Source: Convolutriloba macropyga
Lineage: Eukaryota
Length of the DNA stretch: 64,000 nucleotides
Assembly: GCF_964194025.1 (NCBI RefSeq)
Contig: NC_134472.1
Coordinates: 496,001 to 560,000, forward strand
Reading direction: 5' to 3'
The notes under the pieces are model-generated. The model was not told where the DNA came from and searched no databases. It was given only the letters and a program-made list of their open reading frames with translations. How positions within the stretch are numbered: the first letter of the stretch is position 1; each line of letters opens with the position of its first letter. Position numbers and translations under genes: made by a program. Of this stretch, positions 13,051-27,339 are shown in pieces.

Positions 13051-13753
13051 ATTTGGAATCCTAGTGGCCTCAGCGCTAAACTGGAAGCTAACATCAACAA
13101 ACATAGCTAAAGCAAACAGCGTCCTTCATTTATCCCGAAGAAACATTGCCTACAATGAGAGCATGAGTGTTAAAACTTGCCTCTACAAATCGCTGATACT
13201 GCCAATTCTATATGGCATTCAACGCATATATTTGTCAAATTCGAAAGTTTCCATCTTGGAAAAGTTTCAAAAGAAGTACTGAATTGGATCTGGAGAACTG
13301 GCTCATACGTTCAACTGATCAGAATGTTGAATATACTCACGTTATCGATGTACATATAGTCGCTAAACTTGTTGCTACTTTCACAGCTCTCAAACGAACC
13401 ACAAAACAGCATCGAGCGACTACAAACCTCATTTGTCATCACGATAGAATGAACTGTTCAAATTACCAAACACTAGGACAGAAAAAATGCGAAAAGAACT
13501 GGCCGCACATCTCGACTGGCCAACAAAGTAAACTACTTGATTGATTGCAGCTCATCGACTGGACTCGAGAAACGAATTATACAGCTCCTCTGGAAATTCG
13601 TAGAGACGAAATTCAACGAAAACTTCATCTGCACCTGGCAGCCCGCAAGCGACGGCCAAAACTGCAGAGAAAACTGGACAATTTACTAAACTGAATGCAT
13701 GGGATAAATGCCCTTCAGCTTTGCTGTAAAGACTTTACAACAACAACAACAAC
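13051..13753 (+). mobile_element. Decayed LINE A, 3' part with (CAA)n tail
   Basis: Reads GILVASALNWK...KTCLYKSLILPILYG...LEKFQK, continuing the RT C-terminal region interrupted at ~7580. Ends in acaacaacaacaacaac at ~13737-13753. Confidence 0.75.
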
Positions 13754-14914
13754 AGATTTCTTCCTGATGTAATGTTCGAGCTGCTTTTCTCCGTTGCTGG
13801 CATTTTCTCCAAATTTGTCAGATGCCTCTTAATTATAAGCAATGTTGCAGAGAAGTAACTTTTTGATATAAGAAATGTTTTAATTCCACGATTCGATTCT
13901 GATTTAGTTCTAGGTAGTGACTTAGAACTCTAGTCAGAGTTTCGTGCAGATATCAGGAGCTGCGTTACGTCTGCAATAGATAATTGCTCTAACCTTACTG
14001 GGGAGTTCGGGAATTGCTTCGGGTGTTTTTGGGATAATGGGCTGGTTCATTTCTGCGGATCTGTCTGCAAAGAATTGGCAATAGCGTCCTACAATAGAAC
14101 AATTTCTCCGGTTTCCTTCTGTTTGCTCGATGAAATATGTGATGACGTCGAAGTGGAGCCCTGTCTTGGGCTTGAGACTTTGCAAGGAGAAACCTCCATA
14201 AATACCACAGCTGATAACGCTCGAGCAAATGGGCTGTTCGGTTGGCGATTCAGCGAAACTTTTTGATGTAAAATTGTTTTAACCGTTCACTAAGAATTGC
14301 CCTAAAGAACACCGGATTCATATATCACAAAAATATCAAAAAAATGAAGTCCCATAGGCAACTGAGGCATAGGCAAATGGGTTTATTCCATGTGTAAGCG
14401 AGTTGAATAGTTGCGCGTCCCACTTATGTTTGCTTACAGCAATTATCTCAAGCAATTGTTTCTGCTACTATGCCAAATTTTTTGGATAATTTTCACGACG
14501 GCTAGTTTGCGGAACACCGGGCTACTACGGCTGCACTTATTTTCTTTTAACCTGAAAATGAACTGTTTAAGTTAATCACGGGCCACTGGCTGCTAAAATT
14601 AGTTATTCGAATGGTATTTCATGCTGAACTTCGGCCATAAATTAAATCATGACAAACAGATAGTGCAAGTGACTATAATCATTTGGGTAATGAGGCTTCT
14701 CAATTCCAACCGCACAATCAATTATTTCTTCTAAACTGTGACAAAATTTTTTCACAAACCGGCTGATTCTTTTGCATTGATTTCCAGATTGCAGCAGCCA
14801 ACAGATATCTATAAAGGGGGTTGATTTTAGCTTTAATATCTAAGCCAAAATGACCTAAAGTAACCGCTATTTCTTGGCTGTTTTAGCAATGCTTTATTGG
14901 TCTCCCTAGATAAA

Positions 14915-15796
14915 ATGGCCGAGGCGGGAACTTTGGCGGATGTTTTTCGACCGCAAGCTACGCTAGAAATAGATGAAAACTTTTTACGGTTTACGTCTGA
15001 AGAAGCTCAGCTCGCACAAGATTCACTTTTAGCGCAGTCCTTGATGGCCGAACAAACTCAAAGAGTACTGCAAAGTCCGAGAAATGAGTATGCACAAATA
15101 TTAACAGTGAAAGTTGACCGCGCAGAGCTTGTGAAGAATTATGGATTTGCTAAAATGGATCCATATTGCAAAATTACGATTGAAAGCAGAGTTTTTGAGA
15201 CTGCTACTTGCTACAGTGCCTCAACAAAGCCCATTTGGAACAAAGCTCTTCGCTGTCCTAGCAACACAAAAGTCAACAACTTTCTTGTGGAAATAATGGA
15301 CGAAAACCAGTTTTATGCTGATAGCCGTATTGCGTACTGCAACGTTAATCTTTCCCAAGAAATGCTGCGAAGTCAAGATACTCATACATTGTCGTTGCCT
15401 CTTAGTGGATCACAGGGCGAAGGGAAAGAGGGGACTTTGTTTCTGCAAGTTAGGGTGCAAGACGTGGAGGCATTACAGAATGATATGGCGGCCCAGTTTC
15501 AATTGGCTGCTCTCACTGACGAACCTGCTTTAAATTCCCAGTCCAGTGAATCACAGGCGCAATCAGGGGGTGACAGCAGCCTAGAACAGAATGTTGAAGC
15601 TGCTGTCTATGAGCCAACTGAGGAGGATATTAAACAGATAGTTGAAATGTTTCCAACGGTTGAGGAACAAGTGGTTAAAAGCGTCCTTGAAGCTAATGAT
15701 GGAAATATGATCAATAGCATCAATTCCATGTTAGCTCTCACAGTTCAAGACCAAGTGTCACAGGACAGCAATGTCAATGGTGTCGTCGATGCATGA
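14915..15796 (+). CDS. TOLLIP: Toll-interacting protein (TBD-C2-CUE), single coding exon, 293 aa
   Basis: The N-terminal DENFLRF resembles the Tom1-binding DFLR motif. C2 domain: LTVKVDRAELVKNYGFAKMDPYC..FETAT..KPIWNK, then LSGSQGEGKEG. CUE domain: EEDIKQIVEMFPTVEEQVVKSVLEANDGNMINSINSML. ATG at 14915. Confidence 0.93.
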   Translation: MAEAGTLADVFRPQATLEIDENFLRFTSEEAQLAQDSLLAQSLMAEQTQRVLQSPRNEYAQILTVKVDRAELVKNYGFAKMDPYCKITIESRVFETATCYSASTKPIWNKALRCPSNTKVNNFLVEIMDENQFYADSRIAYCNVNLSQEMLRSQDTHTLSLPLSGSQGEGKEGTLFLQVRVQDVEALQNDMAAQFQLAALTDEPALNSQSSESQAQSGGDSSLEQNVEAAVYEPTEEDIKQIVEMFPTVEEQVVKSVLEANDGNMINSINSMLALTVQDQVSQDSNVNGVVDA

Positions 15797-17689
15797 AAAT
15801 TGCCTCAATTTTAATTAGATTCTCCCTAATGCAATATTTGATGTTAGTTACTGACAATGCTGAGTCAATCTGAAATTTGTGCATATCATGTGTATATTTA
15901 TACTGTGAGCTAATTACAGCAACTGCTTTTCCTGGTCGCATGCTTTATGTCACAACGGGTCATGACGGCTGCAATTAAATGTTACCTTTCTAGTGAGCAC
16001 TTTCGGCTTTCTTAGAGAAACCAGCATCATGAAATTCTTGTCCAAAATTCTTGTACAGCTGGAACTCGTATGGTAAGCTGTTGAGACCAAAAACAATCTT
16101 TTAGAAATAATAAATTCTTTATGTAGACGTACTGCTGGGAGAACTCTGGAACAGCCAATATTCACTCAGTGTTGGGGAGGGGTGTTTTTTAGGTTACTTT
16201 TAAAATTAATTTAGCTTTTGAAGCATATACTAAGAGTTTTCTAAAAAGCAACAAACGCTAGTACCATTACTATGCAAAACATTTCTCGCACCTATAATCG
16301 ACCAAAAGTATCTTAAAGATAGAATAAAACATACAGTTTAACTGCACACTGCAAAAGCTGGGAATTTAGATTGTAGGGCAGATTTTTGCAAATGTTTCGT
16401 TTCGCAGAAAAGTGATGAAGAAAGAAAAGCTTTGTTAGATTTTTTTGCTGGGACGATATTACTTATTTACTCAAGATAAGTATAATTGTTCCCACATTTT
16501 TTTAAAAAATAGAAGCATTTAATGCCAGCCCCACTTTTTGCCCCTCTTTGCACCTCAGACTTACTTATGTGGTATCAATTAAAAGATCCCTGAGTCTAGA
16601 ATTAACCTACAAAAAGTTCTTATAAACTAAGCTCTTCGAAAAAATTTACTGAAAAAATTTTGGCCTTATTCCGAGTCAACTTGGCATGCATTTCCCTCAA
16701 ATTTATTCAGGAAATGGCATTTCTTTGGTGTCATGTAAGAATTCCCTGATATTTTTCAAACATGATTAATTATTATTATAATCATAGTTTATCTGCTATA
16801 TTTATGTCTTGCCAGTTCTCGTAAAATCTCTCGACTTTAATAAATCGGATTGGCTACTAAATGTGTTAAATTCATGCCTTGCTAATAAGGCAAATCTCTT
16901 TGTAAGTCTGATTGGTTACTTGAAATGTTTGAAAGTTTATAGAGCGTAGCTAAAAACGAGTAGAGACGGTTGTTGAATGGTTTTTTAGAAAGATGGAAAA
17001 AGAAAGTTGAATTGTAGAATTGTTTTGAAAGAGAAAGGGATAGACCACTCAAAGAACTCCAATCGTTCGAAAACCTGCAACAATTATGAAAGATTTTGCA
17101 GAAATAACTAATCTAATTTAACTAATTAAAACGTACTAAGATTGTGACGGACAAGTTTGGTTATTAATACATTAAAATGTCTGCTTTCTCAGTTTTTGAT
17201 GTTCAAAATAACAATATTTGCTTTTATATAGACCTAATCAACGCAAAATACTCTTTTTTACGAAAATAATTTGATTATTTATTCGACTTACCGACCATTA
17301 TTGTTCACTTCCATTGGATTATTCGTAATTGACAACGAAAGTTATCAATTTGGAAAAGTTGAAAGTTTACTATCCTTGTTTAATTGTAAAGTTAATGTTA
17401 TTACAACAAAAACGCTTAACGTTAAATAGACTATGCTACCTAAATAGCAGACTCATTGATCGAAGCGGAGCATACAGAAATTTCTTTGGAGATTGACTAT
17501 TTAAATGGAGGAGCCTTAACCACAGAAGACTAAACTTCTGATGTAATTGTTACTAAAGACTTACAAACAGAAGAAATTATCGTGCTTACATTGGAAAGCC
17601 ATTCATTTCTACCTAAAATTTTTTTTCTTGTTGCTGGAGCGATTGAGTTGGACATTTTTGAATTGCAATATCTACATCTACCATAAATT

Positions 17690-20600
17690 GACTGATGTTG
17701 CAGCCGCGGCTACTGCAATGGCAAATGCGATTACTACGGGTATAGGAACAGCAGCAGCTACATCAACATGACCCACAGTACAATTAAATGCGTTCTCAGG
17801 TGGACTAACGGAAGACTTTCGAGCCGTCAATGAACAAATTGAAAGTTCTATAACACTTGCTCAAGTCCCGTAGCCTGGAAAAGTTTGTTATCTTAAATTG
17901 CACTTAGCCGGTGCTGCCTTGAGCTATTTGGAATTACCCGCGACAAGCAAAAATAAAATTACTAAAGCACTGACTGCATAATCAAACGGACAAGCAAGTC
18001 AAAATCAAATCGAATTTTACAAACTAAATTTTCGAGAGAAAATTTAATCTAAAGAAGCACCGGAAAGTTTTGTAACTGACCTTAAATTATCCAACATTAC
18101 CTTTCCAAATATCACTAGAACAGATAGAACTGGCGAAAGAACAAGGAGACTGCGCAACGCATTTATCGCTGTGATGCCTACACAGATCTGGCTCAAACTT
18201 CTCTTGCGACACGATACAGATACAGTTGATGATCTATGCGCACAAGTCTCGAAACTTCCCGTGATTAAAAGCAGCCTTTCTACCGATGGAACCTTGTCTT
18301 CAGCCTCCAATGCTGTGGGTAACAGCGATAAAACATTAGCATCCGCCATTAATTCAGTGGTTCAAACGCAAAAAGACATAGTTAAAACTCAGCAAGCTAT
18401 GGGAGACCAAATGGCTAAGCTTAACAAATCTTTTCAAGAAATTCTTGAAGTTAACATTTCAGAGGTCGTGAATTCAACAGTAGCTATCATAAACCACGAT
18501 TTCCAAATAGACAGCAAATGCCATGGAACAACCAATCTAAATATTGGAATCAGGCATTTAGCAGAAGCCCAAATTATGGAAACGCTAGGGGAAATGGCTA
18601 TAGATCCAGATTCAACGTGTTCCATGTTGTCGAAATTGCGGTCAAACTGGTCATATTCAGAGCAAATGCTTCTTTCGTCAGCCAGCTGAAAGGGGAGTTA
18701 ATCTACCCTTTGATGTATACAAATGCAGAAACTAACAATACCACAGCCTTAACTTCTATCCAGCCTAATTAACTCCAATAGAATAGCAATTAAACTTGCA
18801 GGTAAAAAATTTTTTCAAGTACAGCGGTACTTCAAAAAATTTTACAAAATAGCCCTTATTCACACCGGTGCCTTCTCTAGTGCAATATCTCTAGCCACTC
18901 TTCAACAAATAAACTCACATTATCCTGCAGCAATCGTCATGGAAAAAAATATCCTACAGAACTAAAATGGCAAATGCAATGAACTCATCAGAAATCAATG
19001 TTGCTGGAACTCTTTTCCAAGAACAGTTTCTGATATTATCAAAGATGAATACAACTTTAATTGGAATGTCATTCTTTAAAAAGAACGACAGACAGACTAC
19101 AACCACAGAAAGCCTTCTGTACCTACCAGATATAATTTAAAGTTCGTCTGAGCTGAATGCAACAAACAACAACAACCGGACATTTGTACTACCAGACGTG
19201 ACGAAAATTCCACTCCATCCAAATGAACAAGGAATTGTAGAGTGTTCATCCATCATAACGGGCGACTTCTTAACAAACGCGATTGGAGTGGTAGCATTCA
19301 TTAATGTTTCAAAACAAAACAGAATTGTGTTTAATATCCTCATTAAGCCAAATTGATCACAATCAAATCACAGAAATTCCAATTCTTAACTCCTCGACAA
19401 GGTGCTTTTATACCAATATATCCATCCTTACTCGATAGCACTAGTTCACTAAACAACGTTGTACAAAACAATGTAAATGTTGAGTCATTTGGCAGAAAAT
19501 CTTTGGTTTACGACACCTGGAAACTGTTTGGATAGCTGAAAACTGACTGGAATCCAGTTTATCATCTATGATACAATAAAGCAGTTCAAAGAATTGGAGA
19601 AATTGGATCCAACGAAGAAATCAGATTTACGTTTCTTAAAATAAATGATTTTACTCAAACTATATTCTCGCAACTGGAAAGAATTCGAACGGAAATTTGA
19701 CAAAATTTTTGCTAGACACCCCCTATACTTAGGAAAAACACAGACTGTCTGATAAAATTGACTCCTGAAAACACAAAACCAATTATTTCATCAAATCGCA
19801 CAAAACCTATTCGTTTATGGAATAAACTTTTAATCGAACTAGCCTTAATGCAATATTTCGACATCATTACAACTTTGCGGTTCTCAAAATACTCATCCCC
19901 AATTTTTTCACAACGAAAATCATCAAGAAAGCTATGATTCCTAATCGATTTGCGATGAATCAGCCATCTTCTTAGACATGATTATAAGAACGGTAACTTT
20001 CCAATCCCGACAATGCGACTGCAAACCAAGCTGGAAAGAATATTTGCCAAACTGGATTGCAGCCAAGCATATTTCTCTATGCAGATGATTTGAGTCCAAT
20101 TACTAGCATTCAATTTTGTACTTTTGCCTTCGAACGCTTAGCTCAAGCTCTCAGTCGCTCCCGAACAGCATTCAACTCCTGTGTTAATAAACATCTAGAA
20201 CCTGGAGTAGCAAATTATCAGGGTATTGTCTACTTTGACTACCTTGGTAGTGATGCTATGGATGGAAACTCTCATAGATAAATTAGATATTTTTTGTGCC
20301 TAGGAAATTGGGTTTCTTCAATTTTTGAGAAGTGTCAGTTTGGAATAAGGGAAACTCTCTATTGGAAACTCTCTTTTGAGAACTGTCATTTGGAGTAAGG
20401 GAAATCAAATCTCGGTTACACAATTACGCAACATGGAATATGCCCAAATTGTGAAGAGTTTCTGATAACTATCAGGATGCCTAGAGCGATTAAACAAGTA
20501 CGACGTCTTATCGGTTTTCTTCAATATTTCCAAAAGTTCATATTGAATCTAGCTGTAAAGCTGTTACCATTCTTCAAACTTCTTAGAAAAGACCAAGAGT

Positions 20601-22800
20601 TTTCAATCACCAAAAGAACACCAAGATCAACTGGCTGTTTTGACAACACACTTCGCTCGCGCATGTGAAATGTCCTTGAAAATTGCAAAATCTGGATGTC
20701 AATTTGTCATCGTCAATCACGCGAGTTTTTTTGCCGCAGGATATATTCTCATTGAAAACTCCCATTGCCACTCTATTAACAAAAATGAAAAATCGGATGC
20801 TCCAATTGCATTTTGCTCACGTCTCTTCTCATCCAATCAATTAAAATTTTCCATATTCATTAAGGAATTTTTAAATGTCTACTTTGCATTCGAACCTTTT
20901 GAACACTACGTGTTGGGAGTAAGTGACAAAGCGATCTAACGGAAAACAAAAGCGTTACGCAGCTATTTCAAGCAAAACATCTGCCTGGTATTTCGTAGAA
21001 TGCATTAGACTATATCCTTGCATTTACGTTTCAGTTGGGACATTCCCCGTAAGGCGAATGCAACTGGCGATTATCTCTCTGGAAGCTATGTTAACCCATC
21101 AACAAAATTTCAAAGGAAATGAACTGAAACGTTTATCAACAACGCCAGATAACAGTCGAACTGAAATATCTCAACCAAACGATATCCACACTCCAACAAT
21201 AACCATCAATAGCCTAGAAAACTTCTCAGCAGATGTTCTTCTCGAAGACGTACTTTGTATTCAATGGAAAAAATTAATCCGATGGATAAACTCGAGTAGA
21301 CCCTTTGGCAATTGACACTGAATAAAAAGACAAATATATTGATGAGACGATGGGATGGGTTGAACAGAAAATGGAACCAAAAACAACATTCATTGTATGA
21401 TTCACAAAGGTATCATAGACAACTGAATAAACTTGTTCTCACAAATGGAGTTTTGTACAGAGTTTTTGGATCACACAAGAACAGTTTTTGCATAAATGCT
21501 AGTAGTACCGAAACACCTAAGAGAGCATTTTTTATACCAAATGCATAACTCTTAGCTTAAAGGCCATTTGGGTATGCAAAAAGTCATCTCCGAGTTCCGA
21601 TGAAAATTTTACTTTCCTGGTTTCATTGAATTTCTGATTGTATATATCAACAACTGTTTATCTTGCCTTGCTTCAAAATCTGCCAAACATGAAACAATAA
21701 CACCACCACTGAACCCGGTAGGCTCGAACACAAGTTTTCGAAGTGACCTACTTCAAGTTGATATGGTTGGCCAATTCCAAAATCAGGTGGTTATTCCTAC
21801 GTGGTAACAGCAATGGAGTCTGTTCCAATATTTGTTTACTTAACCAATCACCTCACCCTCAGCTGAGGTTGTTGCAAAAGTCTTAATGAAAGGGTTCTTA
21901 CAACAATAATATATTACACTGGCTATTTTAACTGATAGAAGATCAGCATTTACCGCCCAACTCATAAAAGAACTAGCCCAGATGCTTGAAAGAAAAATAA
22001 ACCACGCATCTGTCAAAAACGCACAAACAAATGGGCTTTTGTAGGGAAAGCAGGGACCACTGAAACAATACTTAAAAATTTTCGAAAAAGGTATGACTGG
22101 CATAAATACATTGACTTGGCCGTTTTTCAAAACAACACAAGTCAGCATACTACCTTATGATGTCCACGTACACTGTTTTTTCATGGGAGAGACCATTTAT
22201 CAGTGAATCCAGTAATCCAAATAATCATCGGTTCAATAAGAAAACATTTTTTATCAAAATATGATTACATAAACGATATCCAAACCAAAATGTTGGACCT
22301 CTTTTCAGATAGGAAAGAATCATTAATGTCGTCTTTCAACAAATACCGCAAAAATTATGGCAGGACATCAACAGTTGTTCCACTCAAGCAACACAAGCTT
22401 TGCATGCTTCTTCATCCAAAAATTTTAATTGAACATGGCAAAATGGAAGCCTGGAGTGCAGATGGGTAGGCGTATATCGGATAGCAAAAGTCCTAACACG
22501 AAGCAACTATTTCATTTCAAAAATGGATACAAGTCATAATCAGATCGTCCACTGTGTGCGCTTGAGTCCATATTAAACACAATTAAAAAAATCAAAGATT
22601 TGCTGTTAATTATTCATGACATTTTTTGTGATGATCCAATGACTCGAGAAGCTTTAAATGAACCACATATTTGTAATTTTCAAGTTGAGTACTTTAGTTT
22701 CAAATCAATTGATAACAGGAGTAAAACTCAAGTGAAAATTAGAACACAAGAACAACTTAATAAAAAATAAGTAGAGCGAACAGAAACCCTACAAACTCCA
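17690..22800 (+). mobile_element. Decayed Ty3/Gypsy LTR-retrotransposon gag-pol (many stops and frameshifts)
   Basis: Domain order is PR-RT-RH-IN. Protease ALIHTGAFSSAI (~18853); RT SSPIFSQRKSS..LIDLR, FAKLDCSQAYF (~20043) and YFDY (~20231); RNase H HASFFAAGYIL; integrase H..GHLG..FYFPG..CLSC, VDMVG, TDRRSAFT and QTNG. Gag-like region at ~17690-18780. Confidence 0.88.
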
Positions 22801-23529
22801 AAAATTCAAATGAGGTAACAGAAAACAACTAATGTAAACTCAGCACACCAGAAAGGCCTTCATCCTACAAAACGCCGCCTTCGTCTGTAGAATCTGCAAT
22901 CAGGAAGACAATGCTCAAGCCATATCTAGAACCAGCTGTGCACTGAAAACGAAATATACGAGCGGAAAGCCCCAGTATCAAACCTTTGGAATATTCTAAA
23001 AATCAAAAAACAACAGCAGAAGCAACAGGAACAGCAACATATATAACAGCAACAAGTTCAACAGCCTTCAGTAAGCCAATCAGTTCCTGCATCAATTTCA
23101 GGAACACAGGTATCTAATACAACATCTTACGGAAGCCAACCCAGTTTTATCAATCAGAAAACTGGATATTCATTTCATACTTGCTTTACACGCTCAATTG
23201 TAACTACGTATTATACTCATAACCTTCTCACTGTCCTTTACCATAGCTGTTACAGTTTCCATAACTTATTTTCTTTCTAAAACATAGTTTTTTTTATCAT
23301 TTGGGCATCGAAACATTAATACCATTATATATCCTAGACTTAAATTGCATATATCCATAGCAAATTCCTTGCTACAGCTTGTAGATAAGCAGACTACTAA
23401 GCAATGCTTCCCATAGTGCCTTAATCTGCAATTCAAGAAGACAACGCTCAAGCCATATCTAGAATTAGCAGTGCACTGGCAATTCGAAGCTGTAATTTGA
23501 CCATTTGTTCATTGAAACATTAGTACATT

Positions 23530-26500
23530 ATATATCTGGACGTTAGACTAATATTGCATATATCCATAGCAAATTCCATGCTACATCTTATAGTTAAGCA
23601 GACTACTAAGCAATGCTTCCAATAGTGCCTGAGGCCATAAAAGGTGAAATATTATTTTCTAAACTTTCAAAACAAAAGTCAAAAAATTTCATGTTACTAC
23701 AAATCTTAACACATTGTTGGAAAAAGATGTAATAATTGCGCAAAATCTAATATCTGCGCAAATTCTAATTGCCAGTTGTTGATCTATGCAGTACCAGCTT
23801 TCGATTGATAAATACTTCATTTACAAAAAGTCTTACATGACAGTTGTAAATGACTTGAGACCCTTACATTTTATGTTTTGACTGCAGATACATTATGCGC
23901 TCATTTGGCAATTTAAAGCTTTGCTTTCTTGTTTTACGTCCTCCAATATCACCGCTTTTCCGGTCACATTTAGAAGGATTACTTGTTGTATAGTTTAGTC
24001 AAGACTCGTTGAATGCATGTAAATGTTCAGTAAGACCCCTGACTTCAACTCTACGGACTTGTCCAATGACTTGCTTATTTTCAAGGAGCATTCAGCGTCA
24101 GCATAGTGTAACAAGGATTTAAGTCCCTCATGACGGATGTTTCTGCCATAGCTTCGCAATGTACGTTCAATTCGAAGTGAATTATTATTAGATTCCGATT
24201 ATTATTCGAATTGATATTTGGTTTACTTCTTCGAACCACATTTTTGCGCCGTTTACGTCAGCAACTTGTACTGATTGCCATCCCAGTGATTTTGATTTAT
24301 CTGGATTAGGGTATGTTAAACTGAACTTTCCTTTACGATCGTGAATAGCAAGTTGATTATTATTTTGCCTTGTTTTAGCCCTTACATCTGAAGAAAATGT
24401 TTTTCGGTTGCTTATTTTATCTAGGAATAGAACTTTACTGGAAAAGGAAACTATTGTAACAATTAAATACCACAGTAGATTGAAATAACAAAAGCTCTTC
24501 CGCAAGGCCAGAGCCAAACACAGAAGGCCGAGCTTACCAGAAAAATATAAAGAATATCAGACCAATGAGGGCCACTACCAAGTTCAATGTCACCTTTGCA
24601 GGGATACTCCTCTCTTGGCACATTATAGACAATTAAGTCACCCTCGTAAAATAGTGCAATTTTGCTGCACATTATCAGTATAATTGTCGAACTGAATAAT
24701 TTTAAAAGGCGCAACCCAGGCAAAAAGAAACAGAAAGTAAACACTCATGATTCAATCTTAAAAAGTACTTTACTTGAATATCCTGTGATTTTATCATTTT
24801 CATACATTTGCAGAGCTTAAAAAAACTAAAACAAAAACATTCTATCAAGTTGATTAACATTTGTCCTTGTTTTAGCCATTACATCTGAAGAAAATTATTA
24901 TCTATTACGTATCCTATTTACATATAGAAATTTACTAGAAAAGGAAATTATTGTAACAATTTAATGCCACAGTAGATTGAAATAATAAAAGCTCTTCCGC
25001 AAGGCCAGAGCCAAACAGAAGGCCGAGCACACCAGCACAATATAAAAAATAGCAGACCAATGAGGGCCACTACTGAGTTCAATGTCACCATTGCAGGGAT
25101 ACTCCTCTCTTGGCACATTTTAGACAATTAAGTCACCGCCGTATAATAGTGCGAAAGGGATATATTATTTTCCAAGCTTTCAAAACAATAGTCAAAAAAT
25201 TTCATGTCACTACAAATCTTAACACATTGTTGGAAAAAGATGTGATAATTGCGCAAAATCTAATATCTGCGCAAATTATAATTGTCAGATGTTGATCTAC
25301 TCAGTACCAGCTTTCGATTGATACATACTTCAGTTAAAGGACAGAGGTGTAAATTACTTGAGACCCCCTACATTATATGCTTTGACGGAAGATATAGTCT
25401 GCGGTTTTCATTTTGTGGCCATTTTGGAGTTGCGTGCTCCATGAATGACAAATCACTCAAGCTATTACTGTCTTCCGCGGCATACTGAGCCACCACAAAG
25501 TTGAGAGTTGTTTTATTAAGGGAATTACAACTCTTCAACGATTGTCTCTTTATATGTTTTTGCCACTTTGCTAAATTCAAAATTATACATTTATATGCAA
25601 ATTTTGTTTCGCTATGTATTAATTCTTAACTTTGTTCAGCAGCTTGCTTTTTCAGATACATTATGCGTTGATTTGGCTAGTTAAAGCTTCGCTTTCTTCG
25701 TCTGTCAGTCGACCAAGCATTAAATTGCACAATATCGAAATTTTGTTTGTTTTAAAGAATGTGGAATTGTTTTAAAGAATGTGGAATTGATAAGTTTGCA
25801 AGATTTTTGGCAGAAAAACTATTTTTGCCCATGAAAAATTATTGATATCTGTATTTGGACATTTCAATGAGCCATATATTCGCGATTCTCTTCCTTTAAA
25901 TCTACATGAAGAGGGAAGATGAAAATAATTGTCCACTAGATTTCGAAGATCTGAAAAATTGTTAACATCAAAGAATTTACAAAATTTGCTTCAAATATGA
26001 ACAGTTTGATTTCCCACAGCTATTGGAAGTTATACGCAGTCGTTACGAACGTAACTTGCATAGCCTGATAAGTATATTTGGTTAAATGCTTCGGACCACC
26101 TTTTTGCACCGTTTACGTAAACAACTTGTATCGATTGCCATCTAAGTGATTTTGATTTATTTGGATTACGGTATGTTAAACTCAACTTTCCTATACGATC
26201 GTGAATAGCAAATTGATTATTATTTTGCCTTGTTTTGCCATTACATCTGAAGAAAATGTTTTTCGGTTACTTATTCTATCTAGGAATAGAACTTTACTGG
26301 AAAAGGAAACTATTGTAACAATTAAATACCACAGTAGATTGAAATAACAAAAGCTCTTCCGCAAGGCCAGAGCCAAACACAGAAGGCCGAGCTTACCAGA
26401 AAAATATAAAGATTATCAGACCAATGAGGGCCACTACCAAGTTCAATGTCACCTTTGCAGGGATACTCCTCTCTTGGCACATTATAGACAATTAAGTCAC

Positions 26501-27240
26501 CCTCGTAAAATAGTGCGATTTTGCAGCACATTATCAGTATAATTGTCGATTTGAATATTTTAAAAGGCGGAACCCAGGCAAAAAGAAACAGAAATCAAAC
26601 TCTCAGGTTTCAATCCTAAAAAGTACATCACTTGAGTATCCTCTGATTTCATAATTTTCTTACGTTTGCAGAACTGAAAAGAAAAAACAAAAACATTCTA
26701 TCATGTTGATTAACATTTGTTCTTGTTTTAGCCATTACATCTCAAGAAAATTATTATCTATTACGTATCCTATTTACATATGGAAATTTACTAGAAAAAG
26801 AAATTATTGTAACAATTTAATGCCACGGTAGATTGAAATAAAAGCCCCTCCGCAAGGTCAGAGCCAAACGCAGAAGGCTGAGCACATCAGCACAATACGA
26901 AAATAGCAGACCAATGAGGGCCACTACCTACTTCAATTTCACCATTGCAGGGATACTCCACTCTTGGCACATTGTAGATAATTAAGTCATCCTCGTAAAA
27001 TGCAGTGCGATTTTGCAGCACATTACATCAGTATCGTTGTCCAACTGAATAATTTTACAAAGCGCACCCAAGGCGAAAGGAAACAGAAAGTAAACACTCA
27101 TGATTCAATCTTAAAAAGTACAGCACTTGATTATTTGATAAATTATTTCATAAGTTTCATTTGCAAAGCGGAAAAGAACTAAAACAAAAACAATCTATCA
27201 ATTGATTCACATGAAACTCACCACGCCTCTTTAAAATAGC
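23530..27240. repeat. Two tandem copies of a ~1.6-2.1-kb unit (X1 ~23530-25150, X2 ~25155-27240), each with an internal ~500-bp duplication
   Basis: Near-identical ORF translations recur at 24188..24517, 26191..26376 and 30921..31307. The block gctcttccgcaaggccagagccaaac recurs at ~24494, 24991, 26353, 26843 and 31284. Confidence 0.85.
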
Positions 27241-27339
27241 CTATCTTTATCTAGATTACCTTCCTATTTGTTGTGCCTGTATGAAGTACAATTGACAATT
27301 CGAACTACACTATTATTATTTAGTGTAGTTATTAATTTC

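Noticed and set aside
24188-24744. Recurrent minus-strand ORFs of unit X (MALALRKSF..., GDLIVYNVPREEYPC...) as host genes
   Set aside because: They recur only because the DNA is duplicated, their lengths vary between copies, and no family is recognisable. The + strand Cys pattern is more persuasive.
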